A stretch of 64,000 nt of DNA, taken from the NCBI GenBank assembly GCA_002245135.1, contig NGBS01000603.1, forward strand, positions 1-64,000. Direction: 5' to 3'. The DNA comes from Proteromonas lacertae. Its lineage: Eukaryota. Positions 1 through 10,800 of the stretch are shown piece after piece. A model generated the notes under the pieces. It was given only the letters and a program-made list of their open reading frames with translations. It had not been told where the DNA came from and searched no databases. Positions within the stretch are counted from its first letter, which is position 1. Every line of letters begins with the position of its first letter. A program made the translations under genes and the position numbers.

Positions 1-1188
1 AGCAAGAGTTACATCCAGTTCTACGTTGACTATTACGGTAACAATGGAAAAACTATGGAACCTGATATTAAGAATGCTGATAAGTCAGGGGATTGGAAGT
101 TCTTTTACGATACTTACGTGTTATCCAACTCTTATAACTTAACCGAGATCAAGGTCTACAACTCCAATGGAGTTCAGTTACTGTATGCAGATCATCAGTA
201 TGAGTTGTTCCGACAAATGATGGTTCAAGTGGCAAGGAAGAACATTGATAAGTATAATCAGAAGGTTTACTTTGATGGTTGCTATGCCGAGGAAAGCAAA
301 GACACTGAGGACTATGAAGTCATGGAGTTTAAAGTAGAAGAATTAAAGGACGGGCATTACCGACGTCTAGTAAAGATCTTCCTTGGAGAGCTCTTCAATA
401 CAATACTTAGTTCAGCAACAGATGTCTTCTTCTCGGAGAAGCTATTCATCACTTTGAGATTCGGTAAGGCTGATGGTTTCTACAACCCTAAGGAAAGTAA
501 GAGTACTAAGTTCAATGAGATGAAGGATAGCACAGCTAAGGATATGACCGATCCAGTAAAAGCAAAGATGATAGAACCCAAGGTAAAAGTTAGCCTAGAC
601 AACTTCTACTTCTACGTGAAGGTTAACAAGGATCCAGCCTGTAATGACAACACGATCAAGTATTGCCTTAACAAGACAATTGACTTCAATGACTTCCATT
701 GCTTTACTGTCACTAGCAGCTCCGGCATGGACTTCTTTCGATATACCTTTACCTTGAATAGTAGTCTCGGTAAGTACATCAAGTTCATTGCCTATCGTCC
801 TTATGATGGGAACGACAAGATCCAGAAGCTAGATAAGCAAAGTACTAAGTTCAGATGGCTTATCAATGACTTCCAATACAACCCAGACTTTGTTAACCTC
901 AAGGACTATGATAACTACCACATGATAAAGCCTTTGCTAGCCTGTAGCTGGCACGATCAGTACAACTACGTTCAGGAGGAAGATAAGTTCATCGAGGTAC
1001 TCAACTTTAGTAACTTTGGCTTATTCGATCTCCAAAATAGACAAGGCAAGAGAATGGATCAAGATATTAAGTTTACCTTTGAGATGTACTCCGACACCCT
1101 CAAGACCGAGAACATCTTCCATCGCTTCTACGTGGTCACTGGCCGAGGAGCTACTGTCAATGAAAGTGGTATCGTGAACATCATCTAA
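1..1188 (+). CDS. Putative double-jelly-roll major capsid protein, 5'-partial
   Basis: Frame is open from nt 1 (SKSYIQFYVDY... precedes the Met at 55). Motif order resembles Polinton/PLV MCPs: LTEIKVYNSNGVQL, VKIFLGELFNTIL, KLFITLRF, VSLDNFYFYV, IKFIAYRP, FRWLINDFQY, FGLFDL, DIKFTFEM, C-terminal FYVVTGRGATVNESGIVNII. Confidence 0.6.
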   Translation, partial: SKSYIQFYVDYYGNNGKTMEPDIKNADKSGDWKFFYDTYVLSNSYNLTEIKVYNSNGVQLLYADHQYELFRQMMVQVARKNIDKYNQKVYFDGCYAEESKDTEDYEVMEFKVEELKDGHYRRLVKIFLGELFNTILSSATDVFFSEKLFITLRFGKADGFYNPKESKSTKFNEMKDSTAKDMTDPVKAKMIEPKVKVSLDNFYFYVKVNKDPACNDNTIKYCLNKTIDFNDFHCFTVTSSSGMDFFRYTFTLNSSLGKYIKFIAYRPYDGNDKIQKLDKQSTKFRWLINDFQYNPDFVNLKDYDNYHMIKPLLACSWHDQYNYVQEEDKFIEVLNFSNFGLFDLQNRQGKRMDQDIKFTFEMYSDTLKTENIFHRFYVVTGRGATVNESGIVNII

Positions 1189-1615
1189 AGGACGATGATC
1201 GGAGAGATCACCTCATACTTGGGATAGATGATATCGATGGAAGGAGTTCTCTTGATTGTGAGCTGATGGTTCTTTACCCACAAGACAACTTCCTTATAAG
1301 TGCAGTCCTTATCTATCCCGTGTAGATCTTTGACTTGCTTAACGTTATCGGGAGAGGCTGGTAAAGCAACATTGTACTTTGCCTGAATCTTGCATTGCTT
1401 CTCGCAATCATTAGCATCTGGTTCTTCAACTCCTCGGAGATGTTCCTCCAGCACTTGAGCTCTCCATTGTTGAATCGTAGGAAGGTAACATTCAGGAGCT
1501 GGATGATGAAGTTCTTGTCAGTCTCAATGATCTGGTGAATCGTTCCTCGGAGTTGTACTTGCCATTGAAGTGCATAAGGAACACTTACAAAGATGTTATT
1601 ATCGGTGCTATCCAT
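1185..1615 (-). CDS. Hypothetical protein of the viral-like element, about 143 aa, split by one frameshift near 1454
   Basis: ORFs 1313-1615 and 1185-1454 join as ...FNNGELK/VLEEHLRG... if one base is restored; its stop overlaps the capsid-like ORF stop at 1185-1188. Confidence 0.55.
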
Positions 1616-1686
1616 AGACGATTGAACCCAATATCAAAAGTTAATGATAATCAGTAAAGCCTTAAGAAGAAGTTAAGTACTAGGAA

Positions 1687-1753
1687 TTAAGCCGATGTTG
1701 AAGTCATTGAAATAGCTGCTGGTTGCTCAGGGTTCTGAGGAGTCTCTTGAGGC

Positions 1754-1787
<34 letters not shown>

Positions 1788-2613
1788 GAACTCCTTGAGG
1801 TGCAACTACTTGAGTAGGAGTAGGAGTAGGAATAACTACTTGAGGAATCATCCCTTGAGGGAACTGAGGTTGTGGAGGCTGATAAGCATTCATGGAGATG
1901 TCCTTGATCTCGTAATGAGGAAAGATACGTACAGGTTGAATAAAGTTACCTCCTGTTGTAGTTCCATCGCTAGACACTTCCTTACCGGGATAGATAACTG
2001 CATCCTTGATCACTAGCAAGAACATGAAGACTTTACCGACGTTACTATAGATGTTCTGCTTAAAGGCCAAGAGCTTCTTGTTGCTTCTCTTCCAGAGAGT
2101 TGCATTGAGAGTACCTGATCGAGGAGTTGAAACATAGGTGGTGTTGGTGATCTGAAGATGCTTAGGGAAGGTTGGATCTTGTTGAGTTGCCATAGCCACG
2201 TTGTATCGTAAGCTCTTGATAAACATCTCGGTGTTGTTGGAGTCAATGAAGAAGGACATCACCCTGGTAACATTCAACTGGAGGTAGTAGTTGGTATCAT
2301 ACTCGGAGATCTTTTCAACCATGGCTTCAACATAGAAGTGTACTTGATCTTGCTTAAGGAAGTAGTGCCAGTACTTACCACAGATACGGAGCTGGGGCTT
2401 CTCAGGTTGTAATTGTCGTTGTTGCTGGGCAGCTCCGGGAAATGCAAAGGAATTTGAAGGAGCCGATGGAGACATCATCATCACTGGCTGGGATATCACG
2501 GGTTGATTCATCATTGGTAAGACTGAAGCTGGATTGAAAGAAGGAGCTGTCATAGGAGCAGGCATTGCTGGGTAAGGAACTTGTTGCATAGCTGGTTGAT
2601 TGAAAGAGTTCAT
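1687..2613 (-). CDS. Hypothetical protein of the viral-like element: P/Q/M-rich termini around a roughly 170-aa globular core
   Basis: 308-aa intronless ORF with the same codon bias as its neighbours; poly-Gln tract. Confidence 0.7.
1755..1788. repeat. (TTG/CAA)n microsatellite encoding poly-Gln
   Basis: Run of tgttgttgt... seen directly. Confidence 0.9.
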
Positions 2614-2668
2614 AGGAAACGATAAAGTAGTGAAAGATAAGATCGACCAAGAAATATATGACTGAAGT

Positions 2669-2879
2669 GAACCTAAGAAGGAACCTGAGAAGAAACCTTC
2701 AAAGGGATCGTAGAACCATCCTAGTCTTTACAATTGGTTTCCACGGTTCTGTAGATGAACTTTTCTTTGAAAGAGTTCTTCTCGTAGAATACTCCTTGAA
2801 GATCATCCTGTAAGAGATCTTCCCGTAGGGAAAGTAGACCCCGTTGAGAAGTAGACCCTGTTAGGAGGAATCCCGTAGG
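2669..2879. repeat. Subterminal short direct repeats
   Basis: GAACCT(A/G)AGAAG at 2669 and 2681 with a partial third copy; AAGTAGACCC at 2832 and 2849; TCCCGTAGG at 2821 and 2871. Confidence 0.8.
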
Positions 2880-2888
2880 AACCTTACG

Positions 2889-3090
2889 TAAATGGGACTA
2901 TGGTACATTATGCCAGAGTTCTAACGAGTGTTCTAGGAGTCCGTCCCCTTCTAGATTCAGAGTTGACCTTTACGGGAGCTTCATCGATGCAATCGATGAA
3001 GCTCCCGTAAAAGTCAACTCTGAATCTAGAAAGGGACGGACCCTAGAAAACTCGTTAGGACTCTGGCATAATGTGCCAGAGTCCCATTTA
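2889..3090. repeat. 202-bp imperfect inverted repeat (hairpin)
   Basis: Arms 2889-2988 and 2992-3090, loop GCA; manual alignment gives 6 mismatches and 1 indel. Confidence 0.97.
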
Positions 3091-3184
3091 TATACTATAT
3101 ATAAAAAGTGTTATAAAAGAAAATGAATGTTCAAACTCGTTTGACATTTTAAAACCAAAAATCAAATTTACTCAATATATTGTG

Positions 3185-5041
3185 ATGTTTGTGATTTATT
3201 ACAAGATTATATTTCCTTTGTTTTTTGTTTATTTTATTTCTGTGGTTGTTTGTTTAAGAATAAGTGATGTAGAAAGAAAAGAGTATGAAGCAGGAGAGAG
3301 AGTATATTTTTCTATTTGTTATTGATAGATTGATATATGTGCTAGTAGATTTATATCTGCTAAAACTAGAATGCCAATGAGGCACTATTTTCTTCCCGTG
3401 AGTTGTTTGGAAGTTAAATGGTGTTTATACAATTTGTTTTTATCTAAATATTATGATAGAACTTATTCCTGTGAGTTCAATATGTTGAGAAGTAAAAATT
3501 TTATAGTGGGAAGTTTTTATATATCAAACATTGGATATGCAGAACACTTGCGTAGATTAATAAAAAATGATAATGATATTATTTTAATAAAAGAATTTAT
3601 TGGAGTGGAAAGACTATCCTTAATAAATTCAATTAAAAATGATAAAGATTATTATTATGAGAATGGATATATATTTGGTAAATATGATAATAGAAACTAT
3701 TATATACAGAATCATTTATCATTTATAATAAAATATGAAAAGATTAAAGAAAAAGAAAATCATTATAGAATAATGGAAATAGAAATAAAACCATCAACAA
3801 TGAATAATAATGTAAGTGTATGTGATAAAAATACATTTAAATACTACATTGATGAAGATGATACTAAAACATCGCTGATGATTTTTCATACTTACAGTGT
3901 TGAATATATAGAAGAATCAAATATAAGAAATGATGTAAATATAAGCATGAATGTTGAAACAGTTAAACCTAATTGGTTTAAATTTGGTTTATCAATGATA
4001 ATAACTGTGATAATAAACACTGTAATTGGTTTAATAATCTTTCGAAGAGTAGTTGAAAATATTTCAAGATATAATATTCATAATTTTGGTAGTTATTATT
4101 ACAATAGTAATTATAGGGGAAAAGATGATGATTTAGAAGAAGAAAGTGGTTGGAAATTACTTCAAAAAGATGTATTTCGTCCTCCACTAAATCATCCAAA
4201 GTCATTTACAATAATCGTATCATCAGGTAGATCAATGTTCTATACAGCCTTTCTTTGCTTTTTTATAATCTATTTGCGAAATTATTTTACTCAGTTTATA
4301 GACATATTTTATTTCTATATATCTCTTCAATGTATCGAAGGATCCACTAAATATTCAATTTATTCATACAAATCATGTGGAGGTAATAGTGTAAAGAGTT
4401 TGATAAAATACATATTATATTACATTCTTTCTATTATAATAATTATATTTTCATTTAGTTATTTAATCTCTTATAAAGTACTTTTAGAAGATTTTGGATT
4501 AACATTGTTATGGTTATTTACATATATAGTTGTTGTAATTTTATTTACAAAAGCTGGAACATTTATTGGATTTAATCAAAAAATATATAAAGAATTTGTA
4601 ATTAACCAAATACCTCGTGAAATTAAACCACAACCATGGTATAGAAAAACAATTCCATCAATGTTATTATCTGGATTATTACCATTTATTGAATTTATGA
4701 TGAATTATCATTTCTTCATTAATTCCAATTATCCTCAAAAACAATATGTACATTTTTTACTTTTCATGATATATACAATGAGTTTGATTTGTTCTTGTGA
4801 AATGTGTTTGATTTTTTGTTATTATCAATTAAATGGAGAAGATTGGAATTGGTGGTGGAGATCCTTCTATACAGGTGGTTCAATATCGATATATATGTTA
4901 ATATATACATTATTATATGGAATTGAAAATTTATCATTAATGTGGTTTTTCTATATTATATTATTTCTAATCAATGGTTCAATGGGATTCTATTCGTGTA
5001 TGTGGTTTATTGTAAAGATATATTCTTCTATTCAAATTTGA
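3185..5041 (+). CDS. Transmembrane 9 superfamily (EMP70/TM9SF) protein
   Basis: Signal peptide, KEYEAGE, intron 3302-3328, EESGWKLLQKDVFRPP, NQIPREI, LSGLLPF, EDWNWWWRSF, KIYSSI. Confidence 0.93.
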
Positions 5042-5344
5042 CATATATATAATAATTGTAAATATAATGAATATATGTTTGTTAAAAGTCCTTATCTGTA
5101 TATTAATGTTTTAAACACTTTTTAAAATCTTTCAAACAGGTTCTAGTATATTTCACAAATATATGTGTATAACCATCATAATATCTATCATCGCATAAAG
5201 CTATTTCTCTTTCGCCATCTTCTTAATTATCAACTATATGTAGAATTGATTTAAGTTTGCAGTTATATTTTATATTTTCAAAAGTAAAGAAAATTCTGAA
5301 AAATTACTAATCTCATTCAACAACTAAAGACAAGCAAATAATAT

Positions 5345-7477
5345 TTATTTTATTAAATTGTGATGAGAAACTGATTGTAGTTCAAGTGAAATATTTTCAT
5401 GAAATAATACAGCATATGGATATAATGGAGAAGGTAAATCTTTAACAAGTAAAACAGGAGATGAATTATTATGACTTATCCAAAATTCTCTTTTATTCAT
5501 ATCAACTATCACTTCATAAATTGAACCATCTCCACAATCATTGAAATTTAGATTTGAATTAACAACTCTTCCAATATGACAAAATTTATTAATATCTTCA
5601 CTTTTACCATTCCATGCATAATAATTACATGTTGTTGATTGATATAAAATATAATTACCAGAATATATATTATCAGTTGATAATCCTAACGTCATTCCAT
5701 CACCTTCACTTACATTTTGATAAAATTTATATTTGATATGATAAACTCCATTTTCCATTTTCAAATTCAAATAACAATGATTATAACCATAATATGAATT
5801 ACTTATTAATTTTCCATTATTTGATATTGATATTCCATCACTTTTGTTTAATTCTGTGAACTTTATATCAATAAATTCCAATGATATTTTGAATTTCTTT
5901 TCACTTAGAATATTCTTACAACTTATTTCATATTCTCTCTTTTCGATTTCTTTATTCACTTTTCCATGAATTATTCCATTTTCTTTATCTATCATTATTC
6001 CATCTGGCAATGATGGATTAATTGAAAATTCACATCGATTTCCATCAAATGAAGGAATTATTGACATTTCTTCATCTAATATATATGAATATTCTGATTG
6101 AGGATATGAAAATGATGTGATTTCTTTTGTTTTTAATTTTTTCAATAATTCTTTATCTTTCATTATTTCTATCATTTCTTCTTCTTCTTTGAAACTCAAT
6201 TTCATATTCTGAATATATTCCATTAATAATTCTTTAGATTTGGAGTTTAAATAATCATCTTCATTTAATATTCTAAAAAGAATTTCTTTTCCACATACTT
6301 CTTCTATTATTAAAACACTCTTTTTATCATCAACAAATAAACATAAACATTTCATTGTTCGATTTCTTTTATTCTCATTATATTCTATACATAATCTTTC
6401 CAATAGATTTCTCTTTTCTGTATTTGAGATATATTCTATTTAAATATATTTTTAGTATTTATACTTTCCATCTTCGCATTCTTATATTTCATTATCATCA
6501 ATACTATCTCGATCATTTTTATATTATTCATTTCTAATATACACATTATTTCATCATTCAATTCTTCTTCTTTCATTCTATCCAATATTCTTCTTTCTTT
6601 TTCATTAAAGACTTCTTCATCTTTATCTTCATTGTAATTGTTGATTATTACATTTTGAATTCTCTCATCTTTTATTAAATATATTTCTATATGATTTTTA
6701 CATTCATTTTTCTTTAATTCTATTTTCATTTCTTTCAACATTTCTTTATTCTCTTTTTCTATCTCTTTCTCTTTTATCTTTTCATAATCGATATCTTCTT
6801 CTATCAATTGTTTAAAATCATCTTGTATCTCTTTATTATCAGATTTATTCTTTTGGAATTTATACCATTCGAATAACCGATTTAATAACCATAACTCATT
6901 CACTATTATCACATCTTTCATATTTAATATCTCAATCAAATTATTCATTTCTAATCTCAACAAATATTCATTCTTATATAAATATTTATATCCTCGCTTT
7001 TCTATTTCCATATTTTTCAATTCTTCTATCTCTCTCAAACATCCACCAAATACATTACATATATGAATTAATTTCATTAATACTTCATCATCTATATTAT
7101 TCTTCATAAATTCATAACAATCATTTATTATCTCTTTTTCACAATAACATAAACAAAACATCAACACTTCACATACACTCTCTTTACAGATTATCAATTC
7201 ACCACCACTGTAGTATTTCTCCATCTCATAATATCCAATTTCTTCGATTTCTTCATATAACTCCAAAACTCCAACAAACTCACTATCTAACAACAGTTTC
7301 TTTACAGTCTCATTTCCATTCACTAGAATTGACTTGATTGACATTATTCGGCTATCTCTAATCTTCACTTCTATATCACTAAAACCACTTTCGACCAATT
7401 TTCGACATAATCTATCATAAAAATAAATATATATAATACCCATATTCTCTTATGCTTTTATTCACTTTTCTTATCAT
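5345..7477 (-). CDS. BTB/BACK-like + putative Ig (He_PIG) + SPRY-like domain protein
   Basis: GFSDIEVKI BTB start, IIVNELWLLNRLFEW BACK-like, FSINPSLPDGIMIDKENGIIHG Ig motif, VIVDMNKREF...LYPYAVL SPRY-like; introns near 7411-7438 and 6436-6464. Confidence 0.75.
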
Positions 7478-7829
7478 CTTTATGTAAATATATAACAAAA
7501 ATAACGAAATTCGATTTTTATCAAAATTTTGAATAACCCAAAAATTAAAATGTGATTTAAATCACATGCAGAAGGTGTGATAAAAACAATAATACTCAAT
7601 TCTGATTCATTAATGCATATTGCATATGATATGATGATATAAATGCTAATTAATATTTGTTGAAGAAAAGTGAAAATTTAACTTGTAATGCAATTAGTGT
7701 GAATATACAAGTTATTTTTAAATTTTTTTATATCACTACTTTTAGTATATTAATTATTTCAAATATAACATGTATAATCAGACAAAATCATCACTCTTCA
7801 ACAAGCAATTACAACATAATATACATAAA

Positions 7830-10800
7830 TTAATACCTGTTATTTAAATATGGACATTCTTCCATATGTTTTTTAAAAGCTTTCTTCTCTTCAACAATCT
7901 TGCAGTATTTGTATTTCAAATCTTCTATTTCGTCAAAAAAATTAGAATCAAATGCACTTAACTCATTTCTTAATTGCATATTCACTATCTTTTCATCTTC
8001 CAACTTCTTTTTCAATACTTTGATCTCTTCATTCTTATCTTTTTTCATATTCTCTAATTCATTTTCTAATCGGCTCATTTCCTTTGCATTACTATATTAT
8101 AATGCAAAAATATATTATTATATACACAGCAAGAGGAGGTTCTTTCTTTAATATTTCTATCTGCTTATTTGCATCACTTAATGCATTTTCTAATTCTCTA
8201 AGTCTACTGGCTCTTTCTCCTGAGCTTCTAAAATACATAAATGCATATTATATTATATTATACCTTTCTGATTTATTCTTCATAATTATATTATTAGCTT
8301 CTTCTAATTCATTTTCTAATGAGCTTATTTTTCTCTTCAATGAAATATTATCTGATTCTAATAACAATAACTGCTTTTGTTTTTCTTTTACTTGATTCTC
8401 TGTATCTACCATTACATTTTGTTTCTTTTGTTGTATGTATTTACCACTTTGTTTTGAAGCTAACTGATTCTATGCAATTATTATATATATATATTTATTT
8501 ATTTATATATACTCTTAATTCATCCATTTCTTTCAGATATTGATTATTTAATCGTTTCTGTTCTTTTAAGTCATTTTTCACTTTCATATACTATTGAAAC
8601 ATTAGGTTATATATTATTATTTATACTTCTATGTTAGTAATACTGTTATTCTTCAATCTTTCTATTTCTATTTTCTGTTTTTCAATTACAGTTTTTAATC
8701 CATCAATTACACTTTCATAATCTCTTTCTCGTTTAAATCTTTCTCCAGGTTTTCTATCAGTCTATTTTATATAATAATAATAATAATAATACAATTGGAC
8801 TATCTCTTCCAACTACAGTTTTGTATTGTTCTAAATCAGCTATTCTTCTTCTTAATGAATTAATTTCAGACTATTTTGTTATTATATTTTGATAATAATT
8901 ATACCATCGAAGATTCAGCTTGGAATTTCAGTTCAAGATTCTCATTCTCCAGTTCCATTACTCGATTCAAAGTATTTTCAAGCTTTTCACTAAGTATTAT
9001 ATTCTATATAATAATAATAATAATAGAATATAAATATACCCTATCTTCTCCACTATATGGAGCAACTTTTCCACCAGTCGATGTTTCACCAATTTCTTTC
9101 CTCAATCTTTCATTATCACTAGTCAAACGATCAACATCATTCTGAAGTAAATTAATTTTGTATTTCAATTTGGTTATATTCTGTTCTTGATCAACTTCAA
9201 CTTGCCTTTTTAATTTGTTATTCTCTTCTTCTAGTCGGAATATTTCATTCTTATATTCTTGAACTCTTTCATATTCTTTCAATAAGTCTTCTTTTGTCAT
9301 TTCAGAATTTATATCTTTCTTCTTTTTCATAGTTCTATCACCTTGTAGTTGTTTATTTCTTCTTCTTTCTTCATCTAAATTCTTTTCAACAACATCTAAC
9401 TGTTGTTTTATTTCAGTAAACTTCTGTGTTAATATATCATATTTCTTTGTTATTTTGTTCAATTCACTTTTTGTTCTTTTTAATTCAATTTCTTGATTTT
9501 TGTATAACGATTCATATCTATTTGGAGATATATTCGTTTTCTCTTCAGATCTCGATGGTGGTTCTGGTAATGCTGGAGATTCTTGTATTGGAACAGCTTG
9601 AATAGATTCTAATGCTTTGTTGGCTATTGTCAATTTCTTTATTTCTTTTTGTAGTTTGAGTATTTGTAGATCTTTTGCATTATCTTCCTTTTCTTCATTC
9701 ATTGTTTTTCTTTTTGATTGTAATAGTTCTTTTTCTATTTTTTTCGTTTTTCCAATTATTTCTGATTTTTGATCTTCAATTCTTTGTATTTCTTGTCTTA
9801 AATTATCTCTTTCATTCCTATAATCATCTACTTCCTTATGAAGATTATCAACATCACTCTATTGTTATTATTATATAAATTAATATATAATATTTAATAC
9901 TTGTAGTTTTTTAATCTCTTCATCACTTTCATTCTTCACTTGTTTGACTTTATCTTTTACAGTTTTTAGTTTGTTTTTAAGTGACTTTACTTCATTTTGA
10001 AGGTTGTTGTTTTCTTCTTGAACTTGGATTGTTCTTTTATCAACTTCTCTATCAACATTACTTTCTAAATCACTTATCTTTTTCTATTCAAATAAATATA
10101 ATAATAACAAAATACCTTATTATCTTCATTTATTACTTTTAATTCCATCACTTTCTTCTCCAATTTCGCTAATTTTGTTTTATAATCATTTTCTACTTCA
10201 TTTAATGTTCTATGTATCTTTTCAGGTTTAAATTTCTTTGTAGATGAATTCATTGCATCTAATCTATCTAATTTCTCTTGTAATTCATCTACACGAATAT
10301 GTAATTGTTTATATTGTTCTTCAAATCGATCTCTTTCATTTTGAGCATGATCCAACTAAATAATCAATAATGAATTATAATAAATATACTTGTTGTTCTA
10401 AATGATTTATTACATTTCTTGATTTAGCCAACTCATCTTCACTCATTTGACATCTATCCAATAATTGTTCATTTATCTCTTGTATTTTCTGTATAGTTAG
10501 TGCTTGTTTAGTGGGAGAATTATTATTTGGCCCATTTAATAAATTGTCATGTAATCTTTCAATTTCTGCATTTTTATCTTCAATTATTTTCTTATATTTC
10601 TCATCATATTGTTTTCTGATCTTTTCTCTTTCTCCTGTTAAATTATTTCTCATGTCTTCGATTTGTTGTTCATACTGTTCAATCACTTTTTGTTTTTCTT
10701 CAATAATTGCCTAATAACAATAATAAAAACAATAACATGATAAAAATATATATACTTTTGTTTGTTCTATAGTTTGTTTCGCTAAATGATTATCATTATT

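Larger units (their letters stand above)
1..3090. mobile_element. Terminal part of a putative endogenous Polinton-like virus/virophage-type element; continues beyond the window start
   Basis: Abrupt GC and codon-usage shift at about 3090, intronless tightly packed ORFs, capsid-like ORF, terminal repeats and a large hairpin at the junction with host DNA. Confidence 0.7.

Noticed and set aside
1723..2650. Overlapping short ORFs 1723-2016, 2013-2246 and 2402-2650
   Set aside because: Antisense or alternate-frame shadows of the 308-aa ORF and its CAA repeat
2669..2879. Short repeats as a CRISPR-like array
   Set aside because: Only two or three short copies each, no regular unique spacers, no cas genes, eukaryotic context
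3058..3100. Helitron 3' end
   Set aside because: No CTRR terminus after the mini-hairpin and no Rep/helicase ORF in view
3071..3325. 84-aa ORF spanning the junction
   Set aside because: Its start lies in the hairpin arm; the real coding part is TM9SF exon 1 from 3185
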